The notes below the pieces were generated by a model. That model made no database searches. It saw only the letters and a program-made list of their open reading frames with translations, and had not been told where the DNA came from. The position numbers and the translations under genes were made by a program. From the NCBI GenBank assembly GCA_037189525.1, contig JBBCJC010000001.1:832001-896000 (forward strand): DNA of 64,000 bases. The letters run 5' to 3'. Of this stretch, positions 1 to 9,461 are shown piece by piece. Position 1 is the stretch's first letter, and each line of letters begins with the position of its first letter. Origin of the DNA: Gemmatimonadales bacterium (GTDB lineage: Bacteria > Gemmatimonadota > Gemmatimonadetes > Gemmatimonadales > GWC2-71-9).

Positions 1-35
1 TCCGGCGCCGCTTCAGCCACGGGGTTGGACACTGC

Positions 36-1196
36 ATGAGATTACCTGGAATCGTCTGCGTCAGCCTGCTCGCCGTCAACCTGGCCGCATGTACCGATAG
101 CAACGGTCCCGACGACGATCCGCCCGATCCCGGGACAGGCCTGGGCCTCGAGGACGTGGGAAACTTCAGCTTCCCCATCCTGCTCACGGCACCCCGCGAC
201 GACGCCCGGCTCTTCGTGGTCCAGAAAGGCGGCGCCATCCGCATCGTCAAAGACGGGGCGACGCTGCCCACCCCGTTCCTCAACCTGGCCGGTCGCATCT
301 CCACCGGCGGCGAACAGGGCCTGCTCGGCCTGGCGTTCCACCCGGCCTATCAGACCACTGGCCTCTTCGTCGTCAACTATACCGGCACCAATGGCGACAC
401 CCGAATCTCCCTCTTTCGGGTGGGGTCGAATCCCGATGTGGCCGATCCCGGCAGCGAGCAGGTGATTCTCGAGGTGCCGCAACCGTTCTCGAACCACAAC
501 GGGGGGATGCTCGCGTTTGGTCCGCACGATTCGAATCTCTATATCGGGTTGGGCGACGGCGGGTCCGGCGGCGACCCGCAGAATCATGCGCAGCGGCGCA
601 ACAGCCTGCTCGGCAAGATGCTCCGGCTCAGGATCACCGGAAGCGGCCAGGTGGTGATTCCGCCCGACAACCCGTTCACCTCGGACACCGACGCCCGCGA
701 CGAGATCTGGAGTCTGGGTCTGCGAAACCCCTGGCGCTTCAGTTTCGATCGGCAAACCGGCAACCTCTACATCGCCGACGTCGGACAGGATGCGCGCGAG
801 GAAATCAACGTCACCAGCGGCTCCGCCAGCCGAGGCGCCAACTATGGCTGGAAGATCATGGAAGGCGGGAGTTGCTATCAGGCGTCCAGCTGCAATCAGA
901 CGGGGCTCACCCTTCCCGTCCTGGAATACCCCCGGTCCGACGGCTGTTCGGTCACGGGCGGCTTCGTGTATCGGGGCACCCGGATCCCGAACCTGGCCGG
1001 AACGTACTTTTATGGTGACTACTGCCGCGGCTGGGTGCGCAGCTTCCGTTGGAACGGAAACGCCGTCACCGATCAGCAGGAATGGGCCACGCTGAACCCG
1101 GGCAGTCAGCTGGTCAGCTTCGGCGAGGATGCGGCGGGAGAGTTGTACGTGCTTGGTCAGAACGGGCGCGTCGCGCGGATCGTCTCGGCGCCGTGA
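36..1196 (+). CDS. PQQ-dependent sugar dehydrogenase (glucose/sorbosone dehydrogenase family) lipoprotein
   Basis: Lipobox LAAC; family motifs GEQGLLGLAFHP, NHNGGMLAFGP, GLRNPWRFSFD, DVGQ..EEIN, NYGW. Confidence 0.9.
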   Translation: MRLPGIVCVSLLAVNLAACTDSNGPDDDPPDPGTGLGLEDVGNFSFPILLTAPRDDARLFVVQKGGAIRIVKDGATLPTPFLNLAGRISTGGEQGLLGLAFHPAYQTTGLFVVNYTGTNGDTRISLFRVGSNPDVADPGSEQVILEVPQPFSNHNGGMLAFGPHDSNLYIGLGDGGSGGDPQNHAQRRNSLLGKMLRLRITGSGQVVIPPDNPFTSDTDARDEIWSLGLRNPWRFSFDRQTGNLYIADVGQDAREEINVTSGSASRGANYGWKIMEGGSCYQASSCNQTGLTLPVLEYPRSDGCSVTGGFVYRGTRIPNLAGTYFYGDYCRGWVRSFRWNGNAVTDQQEWATLNPGSQLVSFGEDAAGELYVLGQNGRVARIVSAP

Positions 1197-1205
1197 GCGC
1201 CGGCG

Positions 1206-1553
1206 TCAGGTCAGCGGTCGGGCGCGTCGCCGGCGAGGAGTCGAACCGGAGCGGCGGCTGAAGGAGCGCACCGCCTGGTGGGCAGCGAGCGCAAGCTTCG
1301 GCAGCTCCGCTGCATGACTGGAAGCCAGGTCCACCGCAACCCATCCCAAAGCAGCCGGTACCACCGCTCCGATTGCTGCGTGCCCACGCTCCACCTCGGC
1401 GCGAGCAACCGGAACCGGCAGTCGGAGCCAGATCGTGGTCTCGCCGAGCAGGGCGAACATCCGCCCTGCGGTAAAGAAGCCATCGCGCACGCCCATCCGC
1501 CGCATCGCAACGTGGGGCAGCGCTCGCAATTGATCTCGAATCGGACTGGACAT
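1206..1553 (-). CDS. Small protein, possibly TfoX N-terminal/YjbR-like fold
   Basis: Start moved to ATG 1553 (MSSPIRDQL) to avoid overlap with the upstream CDS; RRMGVRDGFFTAGRMFALL resembles the TfoX_N pattern. Confidence 0.5.
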   Translation of the reverse strand: MSSPIRDQLRALPHVAMRRMGVRDGFFTAGRMFALLGETTIWLRLPVPVARAEVERGHAAIGAVVPAALGWVAVDLASSHAAELPKLALAAHQAVRSFSRRSGSTPRRRRARPLT

Positions 1554-1614
1554 CGGGAGATTGTACCTCCCGATTCCGACTCCCGCTACACGAGCCGGGA
1601 AATCGTTACCTGGG

Positions 1615-3084
1615 TCAGGCGACTCGCCGCATGGCGAAGACACCATTGAGGAAGTGGCTGGCTTTGCCTCCCTCGCTGCCCCAGAATGCGACATCCCAGC
1701 CGCGATTTCCGCCCATTGCTGGATCGACGGGGAGGAAGCGATCGTCGCCCATCGGGATGATCTCGGAGACCATGTTCGGCTGATCGCTGCCGCGCCCGAA
1801 CACCCGCGCCACCAAGCGGCCGCTCTCATCGGTAAAGGTCACGCGATTACCCCACGCTTCGAACCGGCCCACATAGCGCTGCAGGTCGACCGGAACCCGT
1901 TTGACCGTCTCCGCCGTCGGCAGCTTCGGCTTGGCAATCCCGAACATCTCGCCCAGTACGGCGTCGAAAACCCGATCGGCCAGCGGGTAGCCCTGGTTCG
2001 GCACGTTGGCGATCGTGGCAATGGCCATCCGCTTGGCGGGCGACCAGAGCAGCACCGAGGAACCGCCGCTGCTGGTGCCGCTGTGCCCGAACAGTTCCAC
2101 CCCGCCCCACTCCTTCCAATACGGCCCGCAGCACCAGCGCTGCGCAATCAGCTTGGCGGGCAGAGTCGCCACCGGCGTATGCATGGTGCGCACGGCCGCC
2201 GACGAGAGCACTCGGGTGCCGGATGTCGCCACGCCATCGTTCATGAACATGCGGGCAAAGCGGACCAGGTCGCCGGCGCTGGTGCAGAGCGTGCCGCCGG
2301 CGGGCGCCATGGAGCGCGGCAGCCCCCAGGCGCGGACCCGGGTGTAGTCGCCGCCCTGACCGGCGCGATAACCGAGTGCGACCGGGTGGAACAGCAACTC
2401 CTCGGCAAAGGTGGCTGCCTGCGTTAATCCAGTCGGCCGCAAGACCCGCTCGGCGAGCAGCGTTTCCCAGTTGCGGCCGCCCACGAGTTGCGCAGCAAGG
2501 CCGGCCACGTTGCTGCCGGCATTGGCGTAGCCGTACCCCGTGCCCGGCTGGTACACCAGTGGAATAGACGACAGAGCGGCGACGTACCGGACCACCGCGT
2601 CATCGCCCCGACCGTAGTCCTGGTAGGGTCCGTTGTCGAGACCGGAGCTCATCGACAGGAGCTGGCGCAGCGTGATCCTGGCGGCGGCACCGGACTCCGG
2701 CACCCGGAAGTCCGGAATCGCCGCCGTGATCGGCGCATCGAGGTCGAGTTTGCCTTCGTCCACCAGGCTCATCACCACCGCGGCATTGAACACCTTGGTG
2801 GTCGAACCGATCTGAAACAGCGTATCGGTGGTGACGGGAAGATTGCGTTCGCGATTGGCGAGCCCGGTGGCAAACTCGTGGACGGTCTGTCCGTCGAACA
2901 CCGCGAACTGCGCCCCGACGATGCCCAGCGAGCGGGCCGTCTCGTCGAGCAGCGCCTGCAACCGCTTGGGATCCAACGAACGCCCGCCCGATGCGAGGGT
3001 GAGCCCGGAGGCGCTCAGGTTCGGCGCCCCGACGATTCCGGCCACGGCGGTCGCCGACGTCAGCATGAAATGGCGTCTGTCCAT
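1615..3084 (-). CDS. Tat-exported serine hydrolase, beta-lactamase class C/PBP family
   Basis: Twin-Arg signal MDRRHFML; SxxK (STTK), YxN (YAN), HSG motifs. Confidence 0.9.
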   Translation of the reverse strand: MDRRHFMLTSATAVAGIVGAPNLSASGLTLASGGRSLDPKRLQALLDETARSLGIVGAQFAVFDGQTVHEFATGLANRERNLPVTTDTLFQIGSTTKVFNAAVVMSLVDEGKLDLDAPITAAIPDFRVPESGAAARITLRQLLSMSSGLDNGPYQDYGRGDDAVVRYVAALSSIPLVYQPGTGYGYANAGSNVAGLAAQLVGGRNWETLLAERVLRPTGLTQAATFAEELLFHPVALGYRAGQGGDYTRVRAWGLPRSMAPAGGTLCTSAGDLVRFARMFMNDGVATSGTRVLSSAAVRTMHTPVATLPAKLIAQRWCCGPYWKEWGGVELFGHSGTSSGGSSVLLWSPAKRMAIATIANVPNQGYPLADRVFDAVLGEMFGIAKPKLPTAETVKRVPVDLQRYVGRFEAWGNRVTFTDESGRLVARVFGRGSDQPNMVSEIIPMGDDRFLPVDPAMGGNRGWDVAFWGSEGGKASHFLNGVFAMRRVA

Positions 3085-3102
3085 CAGATCCTCCGGGAGG
3101 AG

Positions 3103-4311
3103 TTATCGAATCAGGGCAACGGGGTCGTACCCGGCGGTCGCAGTAATCCGCGCTACGGTGTCGCCGATCTTGTTGTTGGGCGTCGAGGCGCCGGCCGTGA
3201 GCCCGATCCGGCGGGCGGCACCCAACCAACCGGCATCGACGATTTCCGCCTTGGCGCCCACCGGCTGGTGGCGAATCGTCCCGGCCTCGGGGTCGATGCA
3301 ATCGGCGTCTTCGATGTGGTAGGTCCGCACGCCGCGCCGATGACAGAGGGCGGCCAGATGGCAGGTATTACTCGAGTTGTATCCCCCGACGACGACCATC
3401 AGGTCGAGCGGCTCTTCGAGCAACTGGACCACCGCGTCCTGACGCTCCTGGGTCGCGGAACAGATGGTGTCGAAGGTTCGAACGTGGTCGGCCTCGTGTT
3501 CCGCACCATAACGCCGGATCATGGCCTGGCGGAAACGCTCGGCAATGGCCAGCGATTCCTTCGACAGCATGGTCGTCTGATTGGCAATGCCGACCCGGAT
3601 CAGATCGCGGGAAAAGTCGAATCCCTCGGACACCCGAGATGCGTAGCGAGCGCGAATCGGCTCCACCTCGCCGCCTTCTTCGATGAACCGGCAGACCTCA
3701 TCGGCCTCGGCCATGTCGAAGACGACCAGGTACCGGCCTTCGATAAACTTGGTTACCTGGCTGGCGGTCGCCTTGGTTTCTTCGTGCCAGTGCTTGCCGT
3801 GAATCACCGCGGTGTACCCGTCGCGGGCGTACTTCTCGACCCGTTTCCAGACGTTGAGCACCGAGCCGCAGGTGGTGTCGACCAGCACGCAGCCGATGCC
3901 GCGCAGCGTGGTGAAATCCTGCACCGTGACACCGAAGGCCGGCAGAATGACGACGTCATCGGGCGTGACCGATGAGAAATCGAAAGCGCCGTGGTCATCG
4001 CGCAGGATGAAGCGGATCCCCATGTCCTCGAGCTTCCGATTGACGTGAGGATTGTGAATGATCTCGCCGACCAGGATCAGCTGGCGGTCGGGAAACTTGG
4101 CTCGCGTCTCGTACGCGTACTCGACAGCCCGATCGACACCATAGCAGAAGCCGAACTCGCGGGCCAGCCGGAACTCCAGATCGCCGAGCCGAACGCGGTA
4201 GTCGTTGGCTTTGAACGACTCGATCAGCGCGCTGTGGTAATCGGCCGTGAGCACATGTTCGATGGCGCCCTTGAGACCGAACCCTTTTCGGTAGTAAGTC
4301 GTGTCAGTCAT
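3103..4311 (-). CDS. ispH: 4-hydroxy-3-methylbut-2-enyl diphosphate reductase
   Basis: FGFCYGVDRA, IHNPHV, VDTTC, TICSATQERQ, SSNT, TAGASTP; three Fe-S cysteines; long N-terminus (YYRKGFG). Confidence 0.95.
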   Translation of the reverse strand: MTDTTYYRKGFGLKGAIEHVLTADYHSALIESFKANDYRVRLGDLEFRLAREFGFCYGVDRAVEYAYETRAKFPDRQLILVGEIIHNPHVNRKLEDMGIRFILRDDHGAFDFSSVTPDDVVILPAFGVTVQDFTTLRGIGCVLVDTTCGSVLNVWKRVEKYARDGYTAVIHGKHWHEETKATASQVTKFIEGRYLVVFDMAEADEVCRFIEEGGEVEPIRARYASRVSEGFDFSRDLIRVGIANQTTMLSKESLAIAERFRQAMIRRYGAEHEADHVRTFDTICSATQERQDAVVQLLEEPLDLMVVVGGYNSSNTCHLAALCHRRGVRTYHIEDADCIDPEAGTIRHQPVGAKAEIVDAGWLGAARRIGLTAGASTPNNKIGDTVARITATAGYDPVALIR

Positions 4312-4840
4312 CCGAACTCGCTTTCGGACGGAACACCCGGCCGCACCCTTCGGGCGCCGGCAGGATCGGAACGTCCGTGAAGGTGCCGGAAAGGCGCAAC
4401 GTATCGAATCCCTCGCTCTGCTTGAGACGGAACTCCAGGGTTCCCGAAATGCCGGCGGGTGTCACCGTGGTCACGTTGACGGCTCCCCCGGTTGCTTCGT
4501 AGCCGCGGAGCGCGGTATCTGAAATCCATCGCAAGGCACCAAAGGCCAACGGGCGCCAGCTGACCGGGATCGACCCCGACACAATGGGGTGTTGAGCCGG
4601 GGCCAGGGTATCGACCGGCAGAACGGTAAAGCCGACGCCGAAATCGTTCTTGATCGCCAGCACCTCGAGCAGCGAGTCGGCCGCGCACCACAGCCCCTCG
4701 GCACGGGCCGTATTGCTCCCTTGCGTCACCCCGTCCCATTCGACGGAAACGACACCGCTGCCCCGTTCGATCGGCGGGACCGGTTTGACGCACGCCCCGG
4801 CCATCACGGCCAGGCCCAGAAACCAGTGACGCATACGCAA
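4304..4840 (-). CDS. Hypothetical lipoprotein
   Basis: Signal peptide with AGAC lipobox; 3' end overlaps the ispH start. Confidence 0.7.
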   Translation of the reverse strand: MRMRHWFLGLAVMAGACVKPVPPIERGSGVVSVEWDGVTQGSNTARAEGLWCAADSLLEVLAIKNDFGVGFTVLPVDTLAPAQHPIVSGSIPVSWRPLAFGALRWISDTALRGYEATGGAVNVTTVTPAGISGTLEFRLKQSEGFDTLRLSGTFTDVPILPAPEGCGRVFRPKASSDD

Positions 4841-4934
4841 GGGAAGCTAGGCCAATCGGACCCTAAAGGCGACCGCCCGGATCGAGCTGGATCCGGGCGG
4901 TAGATGGACTTCGAGGACCTTACTGCCAGCGGGT

Positions 4935-5384
4935 TTACGAGGCCTGGGCCCACTTGCTCCGGCCATCGCGGTGCAGGCCATACGCCCGCAGCCGGCGCCA
5001 CAGCGTGGTCCGGCTGATCCCCAGGCTCTTGGCCGTCTCGGCCAGCCGCCATCCGTTGGCATCGAGGGAGCGAACGATCGCCTCTTTTTCTCGTTCGGCC
5101 AGCGTCTTGGGGCCGACGGTGCCGGGCAGGAACATGGCCTCGCCCAGATCGAGCGTACCGACTTTGAGCGGCTTGAGCCGAGCACCCAGTTCGGCCAGTT
5201 GCGGCATCAGTTCCCGCGAAGTCTGGCTGAAGTCGAGGCCCAAATCCCGGGCGTGCTCATTGGCATAGAGCACCTTTCCCTGGGTGTCGAAGACCACCAC
5301 GCCCTCGGCAAAAGCATCGAGCAATGTCTTCGCGAGGGGCGAGAACACCGAAGGCATTGGCGTAGAAGACGGGTTCGTCGTCAT
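4935..5384 (-). CDS. PAS-like domain + Fis-type HTH protein
   Basis: LLDAFAEGVVVFD..GKVLYAN (PAS-like); TLAEREKEAIVRSL..TAKSLGISRTTLWRRL (HTH_8). Confidence 0.85.
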   Translation of the reverse strand: MTTNPSSTPMPSVFSPLAKTLLDAFAEGVVVFDTQGKVLYANEHARDLGLDFSQTSRELMPQLAELGARLKPLKVGTLDLGEAMFLPGTVGPKTLAEREKEAIVRSLDANGWRLAETAKSLGISRTTLWRRLRAYGLHRDGRSKWAQAS

Positions 5385-5506
5385 GGTTCAGATAACGTCG
5401 GCACGTTGCAAAAGGTTTCGAAAGTAGACGAGTCGACGCAAAAAATCCAAGCACGACCCGATCTGACATGACCGCAAATCTAGTCTATAGACGCCACGAA
5501 CGCCTC

Positions 5507-5534
5507 TTGACCGTCCGGTCAGTCTGGGTAGACT
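5507..5534 (+). promoter_or_regulatory. sigma70-like promoter with overlapping palindromic operator
   Basis: TTGACC (5507) N16 TAGACT (5529); perfect inverted repeat TGACCG-TC-CGGTCA at 5508-5521. Confidence 0.6.
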
Positions 5535-5560
5535 ACAACCTAACCTCACCCGTCAACGCT

Positions 5561-6064
5561 ATGCGCAACAATATCATAAGTGCATCGGTCCGGACGCTGA
5601 GTAACGCTGGCCTCATGGGATGGTCGCTCCAGCAGGTGGCGACCGAAGCCGGATGCGCCAAAGGCCTGGTGATCCATTACTTCGGCACCAAGGCGTCACT
5701 TCTGCTCGAGACCGGCGACCGGATTGCGACCGTGAGGGCGCAGCGTCGCCTGCAGGCGGTCGGGACCCGGGGCACGGTCGGCATCGACCGTCTCTGGCAG
5801 GTCATCACCGAAGACACCGCCCTCGGCACTTCGGCCGCCGCCCTGGCCCTGGCGAGTCACGGCATTCCCAGCCGTCGGCCCGGCGACCCGGCCGAGCTGC
5901 ATGCGGCACTGGCGCGTTGCCTGGGGATTCCCGGGGATTCGCTGGCCGAGCCGCTGGCGCTGGCGGCCATGCTGGAAGGGATCGAATTGCAACTGGTCCG
6001 GGGCACGCCGGTTGGAGTGGTCCGGGCGGCTTTCGATCGGCTCTGGCTCACCCTGATCGAATAG
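5561..6064 (+). CDS. TetR/AcrR-family regulator
   Basis: HTH WSLQQVATEAGCAKGLVIHYFGTK; start placed at ATG 5561, downstream of the promoter. Confidence 0.8.
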   Translation: MRNNIISASVRTLSNAGLMGWSLQQVATEAGCAKGLVIHYFGTKASLLLETGDRIATVRAQRRLQAVGTRGTVGIDRLWQVITEDTALGTSAAALALASHGIPSRRPGDPAELHAALARCLGIPGDSLAEPLALAAMLEGIELQLVRGTPVGVVRAAFDRLWLTLIE

Positions 6065-6137
6065 TCGGGGCCGCGCCGCCCTTATTAGGGACAGCCTGCT
6101 CTCCTGCATGACGACATGTCTATTTTATGACATTTTT

Positions 6138-6232
6138 TCGACAGATGAAGCACATCTGTCGTTGCGATCGACACATCTTTACAACGTGTCGATATTTTCA
6201 ATATATTTCGACATATCAGAGAAACATGTCGA
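6138..6232. repeat. Three CGACA-N13-TGTCG inverted-repeat boxes in an AT-rich leader
   Basis: Boxes at 6139-6161, 6169-6191 and 6209-6231. Confidence 0.85.
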
Positions 6233-6275
6233 ATCGCAGGACACTTCGTCACTCCGGAACTAGAGCTGAAACCCT

Positions 6276-7391
6276 GTGCCAACATTCGATCCTGCAAGGG
6301 CTTACAACGAACTACCTCCCCTCCCGCCGCAGATCGACCTGGAGAGTCGGGCCATCCTCAAGGCATGTATCGAAGCACGGGCAGCCATCGCCGAGCTCAA
6401 GCAGGCAGGACGACTGTTACCGAATCAGACCATTCTGATCAATACGATTCCGCTCCTCGAGGCTCGAGCGAGCTCGGAAATTGAGAACATCGTCACCACG
6501 ACCGACCGGCTCTTTCGATTTGCGCAGGCCGATCGTGAGGAGTTTGCCGATCCAGCCACCAAAGAAGCCCTTCGATACCGAACCGCCCTTCGGCAGGGCA
6601 TGGAATCGCTGAGCCGGAGACCCCTCGCCACGACCACCGCCGTCGAAGTCTGCCGCACACTACTCGCCACAGACTTGGATGTGCGCCGCCTCCCCGGCAC
6701 GGCCCTGGCCAACGAAGCTACCGGCGAGGTGGTTTATACCCCACCGGAGGGCGAGTCGCTGCTCCGCCAACTCCTGGGTAACTGGGAACGGTTCCTCCAC
6801 GAGGGAAAAAGCGTGGATCCGCTGATCCGTATGGCCGTGGCCCACTACCAGTTCGAAGCCATCCACCCTTTCACTGACGGCAACGGGCGCACCGGTAGAA
6901 TCCTCAACCTGCTATTTCTCATCGACCAGGGGCTTCTGGACCTTCCGGTGTTGTATCTGAGCCGCGCCATCATCCGGCGCAAGGCCGATTATTACAGGTT
7001 GCTGCTCGAGGTGACGGTGCGAGGCGCTTGGGAGGATTGGATCCTGTACCTGCTCCGCGCGGTCGATGAGACCGCCCGCTGGACCACCCAACGGATCGAG
7101 GCCATCTGCACACTGATGCAGGACACGATCGAGTACGTCCGGAACCAGGCGGAAAGCATCTATCGCCGAGAGCTGGTGGAACTCCTCTTTACTCAGCCGT
7201 ACTGTCGCATCAAGAACGTGGTCGACGCCGGCATCGCCCGGCGACAGACCGCCGCCAGCTATCTCAAACAGCTGGCCGATATCGGCGTGGTGGAAGAGAT
7301 CAAAGTCGGGCGCGACAAGCTATTCATCAACTCACGCTTGATGCGGATCCTGATGGATGGCACCCCCGGCGATCTCTCGTTCCCGGCCTAG
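6276..7391 (+). CDS. fic: Fic-family adenylyltransferase (SoFic-like, C-terminal HTH)
   Basis: [12 protein letters not shown] catalytic motif; N-terminal inhibitory motif SSEIEN; C-terminal [15 protein letters not shown] wHTH-like segment. Confidence 0.92.
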   Translation: MPTFDPARAYNELPPLPPQIDLESRAILKACIEARAAIAELKQAGRLLPNQTILINTIPLLEARASSEIENIVTTTDRLFRFAQADREEFADPATKEALRYRTALRQGMESLSRRPLATTTAVEVCRTLLATDLDVRRLPGTALANEATGEVVYTPPEGESLLRQLLGNWERFLHEGKSVDPLIRMAVAHYQFEAIHPFTDGNGRTGRILNLLFLIDQGLLDLPVLYLSRAIIRRKADYYRLLLEVTVRGAWEDWILYLLRAVDETARWTTQRIEAICTLMQDTIEYVRNQAESIYRRELVELLFTQPYCRIKNVVDAGIARRQTAASYLKQLADIGVVEEIKVGRDKLFINSRLMRILMDGTPGDLSFPA

Positions 7392-7433
7392 ACCGAACCG
7401 CATCGACACCATCGGTCGCGCGAGGCGATTCAC

Positions 7434-8288
7434 GTGACGCACTTCGTCTATTCCGAGCATCGGATGGATTCGCCCACTCGGGAGCTGGCTCACGGCGCGT
7501 GGTGTATGGAAGCATCCCATTGCACGGCGGCCGTCGAGGCGGCGCTGCCCGACGGCGCCGTCAATCTGTACCTCAATCTCGGTGACGGCGGCCGGCGTCT
7601 GTTCCAGCCATGGGAGACTGACGCCGCGGTGTCGCCCAGGGCCGCGTGGGTCGTGGGTCCCCGATCGCGGACCATTCTCATTGCCAAAGAACTTCGCAAC
7701 TGTAACATCGTGGGCATCAAATTCCATCCGGGCATGGCGCAGGTCGTGCTCGGTGTGCGCGCCGACCAGCTGACGGAGCACCTCGTCGACCTCGATGCCT
7801 GCTGGGGTCGCAGTCGGGTCGAGCGCATGCGCGATCGGCTCGCATCAGCTCCGTCACACCCGATGCGGTTCGCGATCGTCGAGCAGGAGCTTCGGAACGT
7901 CACAGCGCAATGGCATACCCGACACCGCACGTGGCATCGGGCCGTCCATCACGCATGCCTGCGAAACGCCGCCGGGACGGTGCGGGAGCTCGCGGCGGCC
8001 GCCGGGCTCACGTCTCGCGCCACCATCGCGTACTTCCGCGAGCACGTCGGCCTGACCCCGAAAACATTCCTGCGCGTCGCGCGGCTCCGGAGAGTGATCC
8101 GCGCCATTCATACCGGACGATGTATCTCCTGGACACGGGTAGCGCTCGATGCCGGGTACTTCGACCAGTCCCACTTCATCCACGACTTCCGCCGGCTCAC
8201 CGGATTCAGTCCGGCCGAGTACGAGTTGCGCCGGATGGGGGTGGGAGAAGGCTTCGTACGGTACCGGGCGGCGACCGTCGACCCCTGA
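7434..8288 (+). CDS. AraC-family regulator (DUF6597-like N-terminus)
   Basis: LPDGAVNL; FREHVGLTPK; ALDAGYFDQSHFIHDFRRLTGFSP; exact start uncertain. Confidence 0.88.
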   Translation: MTHFVYSEHRMDSPTRELAHGAWCMEASHCTAAVEAALPDGAVNLYLNLGDGGRRLFQPWETDAAVSPRAAWVVGPRSRTILIAKELRNCNIVGIKFHPGMAQVVLGVRADQLTEHLVDLDACWGRSRVERMRDRLASAPSHPMRFAIVEQELRNVTAQWHTRHRTWHRAVHHACLRNAAGTVRELAAAAGLTSRATIAYFREHVGLTPKTFLRVARLRRVIRAIHTGRCISWTRVALDAGYFDQSHFIHDFRRLTGFSPAEYELRRMGVGEGFVRYRAATVDP

Positions 8289-8334
8289 CAAAAAAGTACA
8301 AGCGCGCGATCGAGCCATTCGCTACGCATGAGGG

Positions 8335-9408
8335 ATGCGAAACTCCCCCGGACGCAGGACCCTGACCGCCACCGCGCTCGGCGCAGCGCTTCTGACGACG
8401 GGCTCGGCGGGCGCCCCGCTCCTCGTGCCGCGGGACGCGGCCCAGACACCCGCCCTCGTTTTCCTCAACATCATCGCGTTCGACTCCGACCGCGATGGCG
8501 GCGAGGAGGTCTATGTGATGGATGCGGACGGCACGGATCCACGGCAACTGACCCGCTCACAATACGCCAACGCCTGGCCACAGTGGTCGCCGGACGATTC
8601 GCGCATCGTCTTCTCGTCGACGCGCGACGGCGATTGGGAGATCTACACGATGGCGGCCGACGGCTCCGATGCCCGGCGACTGACCTACAGCCCGGGTCGC
8701 GATGCGCATCCGGCGTGGCTCGGCCCGAGTCGGATCGTGTTCCAATCGCCGCGGCATTCCGCCGACGCGAGCGAAGTGGACCTCTTCACGATGAACACCG
8801 ACGGGCTGCGCCAGCAGCGGTTGCTCGCGACGCCGGGATTCGACGGCGTGGCCGTCCCGTCGCCGGATCACCGATGGATCGCCTTCCAACGTGGCGTGCC
8901 CGACCTGCGCCGTCCTTCGGAGCAAGCGTACCGGTGGGAGCTCTTTCTGGTCGATTCATCCGGCATGAATGAGCGAAGACTCACACAGGGCCCCTGGAGC
9001 AGCCAGGTACCCAGCTGGAGCCCGGATGGTACACGCCTCGCGTTCCATTCCGATTCCACGGGGCGTGATCAGCTGTACCTCCTGGAGCTGGCGACCGGCG
9101 GGACGACATCGCTCACCACCAGCACGGGAAGCGACCACGCGCCAAGCTTCTCACCCGACGGCCTGTACGTGGCATTCACGTCCGACCGCGACGGGTCGAT
9201 GGACCTGTACGTGCTCCGCATCGCCGACGGGACGGTGCGGCGTCTCACACACGATCTCATCACGCGGTCCCAGCCTTCATGGAGTCGCAACGGCCGGCGC
9301 ATCCTTTTCTCCGGTGCCGGGACCGGTGTCGATGAAGTCTATGTCATCAACCTCGACGGGACCGGCCTTGCCCGGCTGACAACCGGTACCGAGGGGATAC
9401 GGCCGTAA
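8335..9408 (+). CDS. Secreted TolB-like/PD40-repeat beta-propeller protein
   Basis: Signal peptide; repeated PxWSPDG..(I/L)(A/V)FxSxRDG units. Confidence 0.88.
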   Translation: MRNSPGRRTLTATALGAALLTTGSAGAPLLVPRDAAQTPALVFLNIIAFDSDRDGGEEVYVMDADGTDPRQLTRSQYANAWPQWSPDDSRIVFSSTRDGDWEIYTMAADGSDARRLTYSPGRDAHPAWLGPSRIVFQSPRHSADASEVDLFTMNTDGLRQQRLLATPGFDGVAVPSPDHRWIAFQRGVPDLRRPSEQAYRWELFLVDSSGMNERRLTQGPWSSQVPSWSPDGTRLAFHSDSTGRDQLYLLELATGGTTSLTTSTGSDHAPSFSPDGLYVAFTSDRDGSMDLYVLRIADGTVRRLTHDLITRSQPSWSRNGRRILFSGAGTGVDEVYVINLDGTGLARLTTGTEGIRP

Positions 9409-9422
9409 CCAGGTCTAACGGC

Positions 9423-9453
9423 ACGAGGGCGGGCCAACCTGGCCCGCCCTCGT
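9423..9453. terminator. Hairpin between convergent genes
   Basis: 14-bp perfect stem ACGAGGGCGGGCCA-ACC-TGGCCCGCCCTCGT. Confidence 0.7.
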
Positions 9454-9461
9454 CAATTGCC

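Noticed and set aside
6112..6232. CRISPR-like or iteron reading of the fic upstream repeats
   Set aside because: Short inverted half-sites, no constant 23-47 nt direct repeat, and no cas or rep gene.
8287..8302. GACAAAAAAGTACAAG as an AraC box before the TolB-like gene
   Set aside because: Position is plausible, but it occurs once and cannot be supported from this window alone.
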